From a virus (lineage: Duplodnaviria; Caudoviricetes): 64,000 nucleotides of DNA. The number at the start of each line of letters is the position of its first letter. Position 1 is the first letter of the stretch. The position numbers were made by a program, and so were the translations under genes. The notes beneath the pieces are model-generated. The model worked only from the letters and a program-made list of their open reading frames with translations, had not been told where the DNA came from and ran no database searches. Below, in pieces: positions 44,800 to 56,360 of the stretch. The stretch spans positions 1-64,000 of the IMG/VR virus record IMGVR_UViG_3300032247_002042; one strand, written 5' to 3'.

Positions 44800-46134
44800 T
44801 TACTCCCATGTCACTTGATTAAGTATTGCAGGATTATACCAAGGCAACCAAGTAAAACCAACGGTCGGCGTGATTGTTGTAATTGAGGAACTTGATGTTG
44901 CCAATAACGAAGCACCACCTGTTGATTTTATCATAAATGGAATTCCTGCTGGCTTCCATTTATTAATAAGAGTAATCAGGGATGAGTAAACGGGCTGAGG
45001 AAGGACGTATTCGGTATCGTATAGTCCTACATACACAACAAACGAACCTGCACCCGTGGTTGGACCAGCCCTGTACGATTCATCATACGTTGTCAGCCCA
45101 GTTGAGCCAGTCGCCGTTGTTGCCACGTTCGATCCTGCTGCATAACCATTTCCGGCACTAGTGATCGTTATGGTGCCTGTCGCAACGCCGTTGAGCACAC
45201 TTACGCTTCCTGTGGCAAGCGAGGTGCCGCCTGTAATTGTAAAAGTTAGCGTGCCCGAACCGCCTCCCTTGTATCCCATTCCGCCCGTGGCAATTGTTGC
45301 TGTTGCAATGCCGTTTGATCCATTTATTGTTGTATTGACGGTAAAACCTGATCCATCAACCGTTGGCAAGGACGTTCCTGTAATTGCAGTGTTTACCCCT
45401 CCTATTACTGCAGAACCTGCCAATAAAATCGGTCGTCCGCCATCAACAACGCTTGCGGATCGACCTGTTGCAGAAGTGACAAAGTATTCCAAGGCAACAT
45501 TGTTTGATTTTTGCTGAGTAATTTGCGCTTGAATTCTATTTTTATATGTTTCATCAGAATAGAGTTCGTTTCCTTGACGAGTAATTCCAAGTTGCCTTCC
45601 CCAATAATCAATCCATTTTTCCTGAGCCAAACGCAAATCGGTTTGCGCAAGAGCGGCTTTCATGTTCTTTTCGTTATCAATAAGTCCTAGTGCAATTGCC
45701 ATTAATAACGAATAGTTATTGCTAGTAAACCTGTCAATAACTGTAGTAGAATTTTGAGTAATATCATATATTCCTTCAATTAATGTTGTTGCGGAAAATT
45801 CACCTTCATAATACAACGCTTCTGAATAAAGAAATGCTTGTATTCCATATGGCTGATATTTATTGTTAAAATGATCTATCAAATCATTGATAGAATAATT
45901 TTTCAATAATAATAACTCAGATAAAATGTATGACTCAGAAGACGCAACAGATAATGTTCCGTCTGCAATCGTAAATGTAACATATGAAACACTGCTCCAA
46001 GTAGACGGATATGAAACAATGGTCAAATTTAAAATTGGTTTTGACAAAGGATCTTGAGAAAATGATTTTGGCATTTCAGCAAAAAGTCGCTGAACGGTCG
46101 TTGGTGTTGACGGAAGAAAACTTGGTTTGGCCAT
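44800..46134 (-). CDS. Baseplate wedge subunit (P2 gpI/Mu gp48-like) with insertion
   Basis: WIDYWG..LGITR...SDETYKNRI, INKWKPAGI. Confidence 0.75.
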   Translation of the reverse strand: MAKPSFLPSTPTTVQRLFAEMPKSFSQDPLSKPILNLTIVSYPSTWSSVSYVTFTIADGTLSVASSESYILSELLLLKNYSINDLIDHFNNKYQPYGIQAFLYSEALYYEGEFSATTLIEGIYDITQNSTTVIDRFTSNNYSLLMAIALGLIDNEKNMKAALAQTDLRLAQEKWIDYWGRQLGITRQGNELYSDETYKNRIQAQITQQKSNNVALEYFVTSATGRSASVVDGGRPILLAGSAVIGGVNTAITGTSLPTVDGSGFTVNTTINGSNGIATATIATGGMGYKGGGSGTLTFTITGGTSLATGSVSVLNGVATGTITITSAGNGYAAGSNVATTATGSTGLTTYDESYRAGPTTGAGSFVVYVGLYDTEYVLPQPVYSSLITLINKWKPAGIPFMIKSTGGASLLATSSSSITTITPTVGFTWLPWYNPAILNQVTWE

Positions 46135-46138
46135 AATT

Positions 46139-49021
46139 TTATTTAATATATACTTGATCTAAAACTAATATTGTTCCAATAGTGGGAACAATGATTTCCT
46201 GATCAACATTAGAGCTATTAGGAACAAAAAGGTTGATCGATGCCACGCCCGGAGTCCGCATGATCATTTGTGTAAGTGTTGATTTTTGAAAATAATTTAC
46301 AACTGGAGAAGTAAAAGTGTATGAACTAAGTATGGATGTGGTGTCGGTGTATGTTATTGTTGTCGAGGATGAGGCGTCAACAGTTCCTACCAAACCCCAC
46401 TGCAATCCGTCCCATCTTAATATATCGTAATACGATATATTCGGACCTGTTGAATTTTTTGTCCAAGTCAAAATGTTGGAAATTTGTGCATTTGAATTAG
46501 TGATTGTTGCAGTTGCAGACGGAAGGGAATAATTTCCGTTTGAATCAATAGCCACAATTTTATACACATACGTATCGGTACCGGTTGTTCCGGACGCCAC
46601 TACGCTGGTAATGATTGGAACTTGAAATCCGTCACTGATATCAAGATCTGCAAAATATTGTTCAATATTTGTTTGAATAGTATCTTTAATAAGTAATAAA
46701 GAATATCCGGAATTAGTTACAACATTGACCGTAACAGATTGATATTGAGGAATTGCTCCGTACACCGTGACGGGAATTCCGGCCGGTTTGTATCCTGCCA
46801 CTTTTGTTCCATTTTCATCCGTATATCCATTAATGACTTTTTGTGTTTTTGCAAGGAGGTCACTTGTTATTCCGGAATTATTAGTATCATAGACATACAC
46901 GTTAACGACTTGATTTGATGGTTCGGTTACCAAGGATTTGGTCACTTCTTGTTCAACAAATCCATTGTCGTCGTATATTTTTGACGACAACGCTCCAACG
47001 GCAATGGATTCTTTTGTTCCTCGCGCAAGGTCTTTGAGCGTTTTTGAAAAACGTGTCCGCCATTGCTCTTCTGTTTCAATGTCTGTTCCCGTAATGAATG
47101 CAGAAGAATTTGTACCTGAAGCAATGCCATAAACCGGAGTGACAAACTCAGTTATCGTATTAGCCCCTGTGTTTCCAGACAGACCATAGTTTACCGATTG
47201 AATGACAGAGGTCAACGTGGCATCAGAAGAATTCATGATTACGGAATGAGGATAGACATACAACTTTGAAGAACCGGGAACATAGACTTGAGTTCCAGCG
47301 GGAATGGAAATTGGACCCTGATAAGAAAACGCTCCAGCGTATAAAGGCCAAGTTTTTACATTGGATGTAATCATTGAAGATTGAATAAAAGCGTCAGAAA
47401 AAGTCAATGTAGAAGCTGGCGTTGTTCCAATAAATACTGAAACGGGATATACAGAAGTGGTTGAAAAACTACTGTTATTATCAGTATAATAATTGTCTGT
47501 AATATCTACAATTACTGGAGTGGAAAAAAGCGGAGTGACATCGCGATAAATTCGATAGCCAACCGCGCCGGATGTGCCTGTCCAAGATAACGCTGCGGTT
47601 CTGTAGGAAGCAGTGGGAACAAAAGAGATTGCGGCGCTGGGAGTGCCCTCGCCGCTGCTGGTTAGAGAACAAACGCTGTAATAATATGTAAGCGATCCAG
47701 CAATGTTGGCGATTGGCGATCCTGCGCTTCCCGATGCTTGACTGACACTGACGGTATAGTTTCCGGTAGATCCGGTTCCTGTGCCAAATGCCAAAATTGT
47801 TGTTCCCGATTGGACTGAGGCGCTGGTCAACACTTGCCCTACCGTCAATGAGCCGCTGCTGACAGCGGTAACAGTCAGAGTAGTTCCGGAAATATAGCCG
47901 GTGAAAGTGCAACCATAATTCAATGTTCCTCCCGCAGTGCGGGAAATGGTCACGGCGCTAGGAGCCGCAACGCCGAGATCGTATGGAGCACGATAGAGGT
48001 TGTATCCTGTTGGTTGTGAAGCTATGTCTGCCGCACTGCTTCCGGACCACGTGATCTTTGCCACAGTTCCAGTCGGAGTTGATTTTACGGAAGATCCCAA
48101 GCTTTGAAGATCTTGCCCGTTGGTAATGTTTTTGGCGCTTATTCCCCACGACAACGCCAATCCCGGCCATTTTTTTGATGTTGCAGTAAGATTGCTGTCT
48201 GTATATGTATTTGTTGATTGACCAGAAATTGAATAATAAACCGTATTTAACATGTAAACGCTTGTTGACCTGTAAATTCTATATCCTGTAACATTAGTTA
48301 CGGGAGTCCACGTCAATACTATATTTTGAGCTGAATAAATTGTCACAGAAACAGGTGAAGTTGCAACACTTTCAATAGAACCATACATTGCAGAAATACT
48401 GTAATAATAAGTACCGGCAGCTAAACTTCCATTTGCAACGGTTGAAGGAGAGGTAAAATTGGTTGGAAGCGCCAATGTTCCATAAGATGTCAATGCAATT
48501 AGATTTCCTGCAGCGCCGACAGTCTGACTGGTGTTGACGGTGTACGTTCCAATGCCTCCGGTTCCACCTGAAAAACCAGTAATCACCGTTCCGGCAGTCA
48601 CTCCCGTTCCGCTAATTCCTTGACCTAGCAGCAACGTTCCGGAAGACACTGACACTACAGTCAATGTTGTTCCGGAAATGTATCCATTTACCAACGCGCT
48701 GGAAGATGAAAACGTCACTGACACATTGGATGGCGCAGGCAATTTTGCTCGATACGCAGTGAATAATCCGTATGCCTTGGATGACTGAAGCAGTGGTTGA
48801 TTAAAAGCTTCCTTAACAGAAGCGCGTATTGCGTCAGTGATTCCTTGAGCATATGACAGATTTTGTCTATATAATTCCTGAGCAATGCCTTCAAGCAATG
48901 ATCTTGTGATGCTTCCTTCACTAAAATCATTGACATATTCCGTGTGACCGGCCAAATATCCTGCCAGTGACGAAAGAATATTTTCCTGTTTTTTCAATTG
49001 AAACGCTACTGTTTCGACCAT
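46139..49021 (-). CDS. Baseplate J-like protein with large inserted beta-domains, 960 aa
   Basis: [50 protein letters not shown]. Confidence 0.85.
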   Translation of the reverse strand: MVETVAFQLKKQENILSSLAGYLAGHTEYVNDFSEGSITRSLLEGIAQELYRQNLSYAQGITDAIRASVKEAFNQPLLQSSKAYGLFTAYRAKLPAPSNVSVTFSSSSALVNGYISGTTLTVVSVSSGTLLLGQGISGTGVTAGTVITGFSGGTGGIGTYTVNTSQTVGAAGNLIALTSYGTLALPTNFTSPSTVANGSLAAGTYYYSISAMYGSIESVATSPVSVTIYSAQNIVLTWTPVTNVTGYRIYRSTSVYMLNTVYYSISGQSTNTYTDSNLTATSKKWPGLALSWGISAKNITNGQDLQSLGSSVKSTPTGTVAKITWSGSSAADIASQPTGYNLYRAPYDLGVAAPSAVTISRTAGGTLNYGCTFTGYISGTTLTVTAVSSGSLTVGQVLTSASVQSGTTILAFGTGTGSTGNYTVSVSQASGSAGSPIANIAGSLTYYYSVCSLTSSGEGTPSAAISFVPTASYRTAALSWTGTSGAVGYRIYRDVTPLFSTPVIVDITDNYYTDNNSSFSTTSVYPVSVFIGTTPASTLTFSDAFIQSSMITSNVKTWPLYAGAFSYQGPISIPAGTQVYVPGSSKLYVYPHSVIMNSSDATLTSVIQSVNYGLSGNTGANTITEFVTPVYGIASGTNSSAFITGTDIETEEQWRTRFSKTLKDLARGTKESIAVGALSSKIYDDNGFVEQEVTKSLVTEPSNQVVNVYVYDTNNSGITSDLLAKTQKVINGYTDENGTKVAGYKPAGIPVTVYGAIPQYQSVTVNVVTNSGYSLLLIKDTIQTNIEQYFADLDISDGFQVPIITSVVASGTTGTDTYVYKIVAIDSNGNYSLPSATATITNSNAQISNILTWTKNSTGPNISYYDILRWDGLQWGLVGTVDASSSTTITYTDTTSILSSYTFTSPVVNYFQKSTLTQMIMRTPGVASINLFVPNSSNVDQEIIVPTIGTILVLDQVYIK

Positions 49022-49063
49022 AATGCAATCCTATCAAATTTACACAAACAAATACTCTTGCGT

Positions 49064-50662
49064 TTAAATTGGCAAAGCAATTGGCAAAAACGTCAACACG
49101 GAATACGAGGAACCGTCACTGGAAATTTTTACAGACAGATTATCAACTACCACTTTTTGTTCTTGGCCATCATATCGAACGCGAATATTGTCAATGGAAT
49201 ACACTCGAGGATCGCGCTGTATGGATTGAATCAATTCGCTTTTCAAACCAAGAAGAAAATTGACATTGTATTTGTTTCCAATCATTGCAAGAGCAGTATT
49301 TCCATATTCCGGTTGTGTTTTCAAATCTTCAACTCTTGTAAGCAGACGAGACATCAATGCTTGTTTCAGATTATCCAGTCCTGTTATTGAAGATATGTCG
49401 CCTGAGCCTGCAACATCAAAAACCAATTGTCCGTTATCGTCAAGTTGCATGTCTGCGCCAAGTGAGCTGACAAATTGAGAAGGATTTTTATTATTGATAA
49501 TAAAATCCACTTGTTGAGAAGCAAGTGTTGGCAACAATAACGTGGATCCTGTTTGCACAATTCGAGTGTTGAATTGATCAGGATTTTCGTGAATGGAGAA
49601 AATTGTTCCTGATGCATAAAAATTGCTTATTCCAATATATGCACTATTACCGGATGGAATCGATGCTCCTTGAGAAGAAATGCCAGCGACTGGCTCAACA
49701 TAATATCCTTGTTTATTTGCATTTTGTTCTGACGTGATTGTCGCCTGATACACAAGCGACGTGGGAGATGTTCCTACGTATAATTTCAATCCTGTCGTGT
49801 AATTGGGCCATGTATCTGGAGCGGTAAATACAAATAATCTTTTTTCTCCCGCGGACGCAATGGCAGCATTGAGAAGATAAGGAATTGCCGCACCATTGGA
49901 CGCGTTGATGTTTAGCGGTGATGCCAAGGTTTCTCCGGATGCCGTGGTGTACGTGTATTGAAAATAATAAGTACGTGCGGCCAAAGATTGTGTCGCTGGA
50001 ACGATGGCCGTAAGTGTTTGTAAGGCAACCGTTTGAGAATTATTGACATAGTATGTGCCAGTAGAACCGGTACCAGTGACAGGCGAAACAATAGTTGTTT
50101 CTGCAGAAACTCCTGTTCCGGACAACGACATGCCAATGGAAATGTATCCAGAAACAACAGAAGTCACGGTTAGCGTGGTGCCACTGATGAACCCAATAAA
50201 TGAACAGAATTGTGTTGTGGACAGAAGGCCGGACGATTCTGCACTGATCGATGGAGGATCTACAAGTGACGCGTCAAACGTCAAGGTTCCTGCAGATATC
50301 GTGCCAGACGCAAACGCATAATATTTTTTAATGCGCAAAATATTTTCAACAGTGCCGCCATATTGAGTGGTTTTGTAAATATAAAACACAGAACGATCAG
50401 ATAGAACCAATGAAGACACGTCACCATTGCTCACATAAGGCAGAAAATTCATCGATGTGGATCCTGCCGCAAGGTTTGACGAAAGTACGCTGGATCCTTT
50501 TGCTGGCCCTAAAATGTCCAGTGTGCTATTGGCAATGTACGGATACCTGAGACGATTCAGGGAGATGATTTCTGATGATCGCTTGCTGTCTCCCAAATAT
50601 TTTTGGGCAATACTTTCAATGGTATCTCCGTATTTTACAATGTAATTTTTGTACGTTGCCAT
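49064..50662 (-). CDS. LysM plus gp25/GPW-like baseplate protein fusion
   Basis: [19 protein letters not shown]...LNRL; C-terminal [11 protein letters not shown]...PEYG...DPRV. Confidence 0.78.
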   Translation of the reverse strand: MATYKNYIVKYGDTIESIAQKYLGDSKRSSEIISLNRLRYPYIANSTLDILGPAKGSSVLSSNLAAGSTSMNFLPYVSNGDVSSLVLSDRSVFYIYKTTQYGGTVENILRIKKYYAFASGTISAGTLTFDASLVDPPSISAESSGLLSTTQFCSFIGFISGTTLTVTSVVSGYISIGMSLSGTGVSAETTIVSPVTGTGSTGTYYVNNSQTVALQTLTAIVPATQSLAARTYYFQYTYTTASGETLASPLNINASNGAAIPYLLNAAIASAGEKRLFVFTAPDTWPNYTTGLKLYVGTSPTSLVYQATITSEQNANKQGYYVEPVAGISSQGASIPSGNSAYIGISNFYASGTIFSIHENPDQFNTRIVQTGSTLLLPTLASQQVDFIINNKNPSQFVSSLGADMQLDDNGQLVFDVAGSGDISSITGLDNLKQALMSRLLTRVEDLKTQPEYGNTALAMIGNKYNVNFLLGLKSELIQSIQRDPRVYSIDNIRVRYDGQEQKVVVDNLSVKISSDGSSYSVLTFLPIALPI

Positions 50663-50673
50663 GGTTTATCCTA

Positions 50674-51237
50674 TCAAAATTTAAAATTAATATTTGTAAT
50701 TAATTGTTGAAATTTATGATCTACAATAAATGATTTGCTGTATGAATTATTGATATAAATATTTTCAAATAGACTCCAAGACGACAGTTCGGAAAAAAGA
50801 CTATATCCGGTAGGGGTTAACTCCAAAACAACACCGCCGTCAACAGTACTTGATTTTGTGGTTTCAACTTGATGCTTGATCATCCATTCAGAAATCATAT
50901 TGCATGATGCTTTTAATTGAACTAAATATATTTCATGAATAACAGACGTTTGTGCTGGCAATTCATAATGAAGAGCCGATAAAAGCTTGGACATAGTGGA
51001 AAATAATCGTGCAGCAAGCACGCGAGTTGTAGCCGGAAACAACGGAGAATACGTCCAGCATCGCTCCAGAAATTCGCCAAAAAAACGCAGTGATGGATAC
51101 ATTTCCAATGTTTCCAAAACTTCTGACGGCATTCGGTTGCTATATTCCGCAGGAGAAATAGGCAGTCTTTTCGACGTAGACAAATTTGATGTTTTATTAT
51201 TGTAATTAATATCGTAAAATTTTATTGTTGCAGTCAT
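50674..51237 (-). CDS. Hypothetical protein, 187 aa
   Basis: ORF in the tail operon. Confidence 0.65.
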   Translation of the reverse strand: MTATIKFYDINYNNKTSNLSTSKRLPISPAEYSNRMPSEVLETLEMYPSLRFFGEFLERCWTYSPLFPATTRVLAARLFSTMSKLLSALHYELPAQTSVIHEIYLVQLKASCNMISEWMIKHQVETTKSSTVDGGVVLELTPTGYSLFSELSSWSLFENIYINNSYSKSFIVDHKFQQLITNINFKF

Positions 51238-51250
51238 TGTTTAATCAACT

Positions 51251-53110
51251 TTAATGCTTATATTTTTCAGGAATTCGCACTTTTTCGCCCGCTGGTAATG
51301 AGGCATGCAAGTTATATCCAGAAAACTCTGGATTGCCAGCAAGAAATTCTCCAAGGGCTGTGCTGAAATCATACGTAATTCCCTCTTTTAATGTTTTGGA
51401 TTGATTTCGATCCGATTCTACATTCCAAAATTCATTTAAAATATCTGCAATGCTCATCGGAGGAGCTTTGTAATAATCAGAGGCAGCTGCCAATCGACTT
51501 CCTCCGCCCTCCGGCGCAGTTCGTTGAGCCGAAACGCCAAATTCCAGAAAAGACCACGGCTGTGCCCTTACTCCGGCATCGTCGTACACTGCACCGATGT
51601 TTGCATTTCCTGTTTCGGTTATTGTTTTGTAAAACACCTGTTGTGATAATTTGTCGTAAAAAGCAGAAAGAGACAAATTTTGACGTACGCCATCAGAACT
51701 GGATGACCCAAGAGATTTGGTATCATTCATTCCTCTTGCTTGAGTTACCGAATAATATCCAGCATGTGAGCCTATAAGCAAATCACCTTTTACAACCGGT
51801 AAATTAGTTAAATACGGAAGTGTTGATGAATTGGTGCTATATACTGTGGGACTTACTGTATTAGAAGAAGCGTCATTGGTAATAAAATTTCCAACAGAAG
51901 AAACAGTCAAGGATATATCCGTTCCAGTGTACAATGGATTATTTAAGTTTACGCGGTAAAAGGAAAATATGGACATAGAGAGTGCAGACGGTTCAGAAAG
52001 GGAAACCGTTAGGTAATCGGTTCCAGATGCAGGAGATTTGCAATACCATATTTCTGTATTGACGTGAGAGCCACGAGCGACCAAGCGCTGAAAACCAGCC
52101 GCGGCATATTTTAGCGACACATCACTAACGCGTACTATTCTCCAGTTGTTGGATGTATACAACGGAACAGGCGTGATAATTGCAACAAGCATCCTATCTT
52201 GCTCATCAGGAATAACAATATCTTTTGTATGAGATGAAATAAACAATCCTTTTCCATATGAATATGTGTATTCAGTGGCAATGCGTGCAGATCCTTCGCC
52301 AATCACATAAGTTGTGCCATTGATGATTGTTGTGGCGTTGGCGGGAGATGAAGGTATCTTGTAAGTAAAATATTGCGGAGCGCTTACCAGAGCCGCCATT
52401 TGCGCTGCAGATGCTTCCGCTTTTGTCTTGGTCGTTACGGCTGGTGCGACTTCTTGGGCGGCAGGTTCGGAAACAGGCGTGTCTATTGCATCGCTTCGAA
52501 CAACTTCGGCTTCTCCTTCAGGACTGAGCACGACGATTTCCGGCTCAACAGTCACGGGAGAATTGTGAACTTTGCTGTTTACAGGAGGAACCCGGCTGAC
52601 ATCCTGCAAATTGACGGTAAGACAAACAAGATTTAACGTATAACGAAACAGCAGCGGCATGGACATGCTGCGTTGAACAACAAAATTCTTGACTGTAACA
52701 TTCCATTCGCCAAAAGCGGGGTCATCAGCAAAAGAAACTTGAAGTTTCAAAATAGTTTTGGAAGAAAAGCCTCTTCGACAAAAATCGTTGTATTTACGAA
52801 CAATGTCGCGAAGCAATGCAGCTTGCAAGGCGGCTGTGCCCAGTCGATTGGATTGTCCTTGTCGAAATCCTGTATTGCCAGTCATGTTGATGCTGGTGAT
52901 GCCTTCGCCAAGATGATCAATATACGAGCCGCCCCCGATGCTTTGATACACGGCTACACGGGAAGGCGTCTCGACCTCGAATTGATCCGGCGTCACATAG
53001 AAGGAATATACCCATCGGTTGAGGGCATTTTGCGGATCAATCAACGTGAGCGTCACGATATTTGACGACGGAGTGTCTGTTACTACAGGAAGCGTGTACT
53101 CTTCTGGCAT
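51251..53110 (-). CDS. Baseplate/tail tube initiator-like protein, 619 aa
   Basis: FYVTP..F....PSR..VYQS.GG.YID.LGEG...I...G.TG; C-terminal LPAGEKVRIP resembles a LysM end. Confidence 0.6.
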   Translation of the reverse strand: MPEEYTLPVVTDTPSSNIVTLTLIDPQNALNRWVYSFYVTPDQFEVETPSRVAVYQSIGGGSYIDHLGEGITSINMTGNTGFRQGQSNRLGTAALQAALLRDIVRKYNDFCRRGFSSKTILKLQVSFADDPAFGEWNVTVKNFVVQRSMSMPLLFRYTLNLVCLTVNLQDVSRVPPVNSKVHNSPVTVEPEIVVLSPEGEAEVVRSDAIDTPVSEPAAQEVAPAVTTKTKAEASAAQMAALVSAPQYFTYKIPSSPANATTIINGTTYVIGEGSARIATEYTYSYGKGLFISSHTKDIVIPDEQDRMLVAIITPVPLYTSNNWRIVRVSDVSLKYAAAGFQRLVARGSHVNTEIWYCKSPASGTDYLTVSLSEPSALSMSIFSFYRVNLNNPLYTGTDISLTVSSVGNFITNDASSNTVSPTVYSTNSSTLPYLTNLPVVKGDLLIGSHAGYYSVTQARGMNDTKSLGSSSSDGVRQNLSLSAFYDKLSQQVFYKTITETGNANIGAVYDDAGVRAQPWSFLEFGVSAQRTAPEGGGSRLAAASDYYKAPPMSIADILNEFWNVESDRNQSKTLKEGITYDFSTALGEFLAGNPEFSGYNLHASLPAGEKVRIPEKYKH

Positions 53111-53222
53111 TTTCAGTCCTTACAGCAGAGTATGACAAATAAAATAAAAAAATCGCTCTATCAATATGCGTTTAAAGGGACGACCATAAAGCATTTATCA
53201 TAAAAAATTAGGTGTGAATATT

Positions 53223-53504
53223 TTAAATGGACGCTATCAATGCTTCATAGTCAGAACGAGTTTTACATCCTTCAGGATAAAATTCATTTTCTTCTTCATT
53301 ATAATAATAACCAATTCCTGCGTATCGACCTCGAATATTTCCGTTATAACTGGTCTGTACCCAGTTGCCACCGAGAAGGCTCTGGCAGAACGCCTTTCCT
53401 AATGCTTCGTTCTCTTGTCCGGTAGCATCCTTGAGGACATCATTTGCTACAACGATGACTCGCTGAACAATGTTATTTGAATCAAGTTCCGCAAAATGTG
53501 CCAT
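53223..53504 (-). CDS. Small tail-associated protein (MAHFAELD...WVQTSYN type), 93 aa
   Basis: SD AAGGAG; follows the glycine-rich protein. Confidence 0.75.
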   Translation of the reverse strand: MAHFAELDSNNIVQRVIVVANDVLKDATGQENEALGKAFCQSLLGGNWVQTSYNGNIRGRYAGIGYYYNEEENEFYPEGCKTRSDYEALIASI

Positions 53505-53559
53505 TGTTTTTCTCCTTGCCGTTTGTGTAGATTTTGCAAACTGTACTATATAAACTTTT

Positions 53560-55968
53560 TTACGTTGTAACAAACCGAATGATGACGACACCAGAGGCAC
53601 CCGCGGAAACGGTAGCACTGCTTATGGTCGATCCGTTGCCACCATCACCACGATTCACTCGTGGAACGGTGTATGCGTAGGTCGATAGCCACCCGTTTCC
53701 GCCCTTGCCATATTGTTCATATTTTCCCGTAATGTACGAATACGCAGGTGGGCCACCTTCATTTGCATAAGCATTCATATAAGTCGTCGGCGCGGCACCA
53801 CCCGCACCGCCACCACCAGACGGCGTGGAATTAAATCCGCTTACATTTCCACCGGCATATCCCTGTCCAGCCGTTCCAGTTCCGCCCGTGCTTGGATTAC
53901 TTCCTCCGGTACCGCCTCCACTTCCACCATTTCCGCCGTTTGCACCATTGACGGATTTCCCGCCACCCACCGCCGTGGTCAACGAACCAAGGACGGTGTT
54001 GCTCCCGTTGGTGTTCGATGCCCCGGCAGCACCCCCGCCTCCAACTGTTATTGTCGTGGTTCCTGCCGCAAGCGTTGTTGATCCGGTCAGGTACCCACCC
54101 GCACCACCACCACCATAGTATGTGCTTCCGCCCCCGCCAGCAATGTACAAATAATCAACGGTTGCTGAGGCCGACAAAACAATCGAACCAGTGGCAATAA
54201 ATTCGTACACGGCGTATTTTGTGCCAATTGTGCCGTTTGTACCGTCTCCGGTGTAGAACGACACAATTGGCGATCCTGTTGTTGCTGAGACTGGATGACC
54301 AACCTGCAAAGCATTTGAATAACTCAACCAAGTAGTCTGTTCAATATTTGGTATGGCAATGATCACGATGCCGGAGCCGCCACCACCGCCGTTGGAGAAC
54401 TGACTCGCACCTCCACCACCACCCGTGTTGGCGGTGCCCGACTGACCGAGCCATTGCGGGCTAGTATTTGCGGTTGCGCCGTCTCCGCCTCCGCCCGTTC
54501 CACCAGCACCCGGACCCGGCACTGCACCCGCCGTTCCGGCTGGCCCAGCCGCGCCACCTCCACCGCCACGCGTCACACCGTCAATCCACGTCAGTCCCGC
54601 GCCTCCATTGCCGCCGTTGGTGCTACCGCCGGAACTGCCAGCAGCACCGGCCCCACCGCCTCCGCCTCCGTATGTGGAAACCGCGCCTCCGTTGTGCCCA
54701 AGTCCGACAACACCGACACCGACGTATCCGGTACGAGGCAATCCCCCGCCTCCTGATCCGCCGTCAGTGTTGGTGTAACTTGATGACCCGCCAAAACCGC
54801 CACCATCCGCCTGAATGCGCAATTTGGACGGCGTGATGCATGTAATCGTCGATGCCGTGCCACCGCCAGCAGCAGCCGTGCTTCCGCCGCCATTGCCTCC
54901 GCCACCAACCGTGATCGTGTACGTCACGCCAGATCGCAGACTTATGCCTGTATCGTTGTATCCACCAGCACCACCGCCTCCGCACGTTTGATAAGCAGCA
55001 CCGCCGCCACCGCCAACAACCAACACTTTTGCATTGACATCCTTGTTCAATCCAGACAATGTCCCAGAGCCAGTGAATGTATAGGTAGAGTAAACAACAT
55101 TGTTATAGGTAAGTGTTACGGGTGAAATAGGAGTAGAACCAATCAATGCAGTTACCGCAACTGGTGATCCTACGTTAGGAAGGATTTGGCGGGGGAGAGC
55201 GATGATGACAACTCCAGACCCACCAGCATTACCAGAATAGCCTGATCCGCCACCACCAGTGTTGGCAGTTCCAACGGTATTGTTGCCACCACCGCCCAAG
55301 CCCGGAGTTGACCCGCCTTGTCCTACGCCGCCACCACCGTAGTATGTGCTTGTCCCGGTAATATCTGATGTTTTTCCATTCCCACCATTACCGTTGGAAT
55401 TACCAACAGCACCCGCGCCACCGCCGCCACCAGATGTGTTTCCGCTCCCACTGTAGTTTCCACCCGCATATCCCCATCCCTCTAATCCTGAGCCGCCGGA
55501 CGTATGCCCAGTAGTTGGAACTCCTCCCCCCCCTGAAGACCCACTTCCGCCAGCATTGCTACTGTGACGACCACCCTTTCCACCACCGGGTGCATATGAC
55601 TGATATGCGCTTCCAATATACGTGGCACTCCCATTGGTATCTGTAGCCCCACCACCACCAACAACAATGGCAGTAGTTCCAGAATACGTCAGCGATGTAT
55701 CCAAGACAGCACCGCCGCCACCGCCGCCACCGACTAGACCTCCAGCACCGCCACCGCCTGCCACCATGAGCGTCCGTGCAATGACGGTAGAATTGACTAC
55801 GAAATTACCAGAAGAAGTAAGCGTCCATATATCATAAGTTATATTATTAATAACAGAAACAGCCTTAGTATATGTCCCACTATATGTTGCAACTATTGGA
55901 CCATACGTCACGTCAAGCCTATTTATTTTATTATTAACATTTAAATTTGATGCGGCTTTGATCGCCAT
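53560..55968 (-). CDS. Glycine-rich virion protein with three tandem Gly-rich domains
   Basis: Three units of F/L..SG.....(V/I)(A/G)GGG...G(G/A)SG(V/I)VII. Confidence 0.82.
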   Translation of the reverse strand: MAIKAASNLNVNNKINRLDVTYGPIVATYSGTYTKAVSVINNITYDIWTLTSSGNFVVNSTVIARTLMVAGGGGAGGLVGGGGGGGAVLDTSLTYSGTTAIVVGGGGATDTNGSATYIGSAYQSYAPGGGKGGRHSSNAGGSGSSGGGGVPTTGHTSGGSGLEGWGYAGGNYSGSGNTSGGGGGAGAVGNSNGNGGNGKTSDITGTSTYYGGGGVGQGGSTPGLGGGGNNTVGTANTGGGGSGYSGNAGGSGVVIIALPRQILPNVGSPVAVTALIGSTPISPVTLTYNNVVYSTYTFTGSGTLSGLNKDVNAKVLVVGGGGGAAYQTCGGGGAGGYNDTGISLRSGVTYTITVGGGGNGGGSTAAAGGGTASTITCITPSKLRIQADGGGFGGSSSYTNTDGGSGGGGLPRTGYVGVGVVGLGHNGGAVSTYGGGGGGAGAAGSSGGSTNGGNGGAGLTWIDGVTRGGGGGAAGPAGTAGAVPGPGAGGTGGGGDGATANTSPQWLGQSGTANTGGGGGASQFSNGGGGGSGIVIIAIPNIEQTTWLSYSNALQVGHPVSATTGSPIVSFYTGDGTNGTIGTKYAVYEFIATGSIVLSASATVDYLYIAGGGGSTYYGGGGAGGYLTGSTTLAAGTTTITVGGGGAAGASNTNGSNTVLGSLTTAVGGGKSVNGANGGNGGSGGGTGGSNPSTGGTGTAGQGYAGGNVSGFNSTPSGGGGAGGAAPTTYMNAYANEGGPPAYSYITGKYEQYGKGGNGWLSTYAYTVPRVNRGDGGNGSTISSATVSAGASGVVIIRFVTT

Positions 55969-56318
55969 TACGAAACCTCTACACCAAATGCGCAAATATT
56001 TATATTTGTACTACTTGCGCTAAACAATAATTTTGATCCATTAGGAATGGTAATTCCTAGTGTCAAAAACACTGAATCATACGCAGGAACCGTTCCGCCA
56101 TCAACAATCATCTCGTTCAATGCATGAGCCGTTGTCGTGGAAATGCCTAATCTATATGTAGCTGCAGTTGATCCCTTATTGCAAATCACAACAGTACTGA
56201 CAATCGTAGCAGATGTCCCAGAAGGAGTATAAACATTCTGCGCCCCTGTTGTTCCTGCAATAGCATAACTTGTTGTAGTTGCTGTGGTTTGACATAGTAT
56301 TTTGTATGTCTCGGCCAT
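55968..56318 (-). CDS. Small virion protein, 116 aa
   Basis: YT.PSG..TIVS.VVICN...FGVE; TAATG-coupled to the Gly-rich gene. Confidence 0.75.
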   Translation of the reverse strand: MAETYKILCQTTATTTSYAIAGTTGAQNVYTPSGTSATIVSTVVICNKGSTAATYRLGISTTTAHALNEMIVDGGTVPAYDSVFLTLGITIPNGSKLLFSASSTNINICAFGVEVS

Positions 56319-56360
56319 TGTAGATATCCTTACTGTTATTTGTATTATACAAAATTTAAA

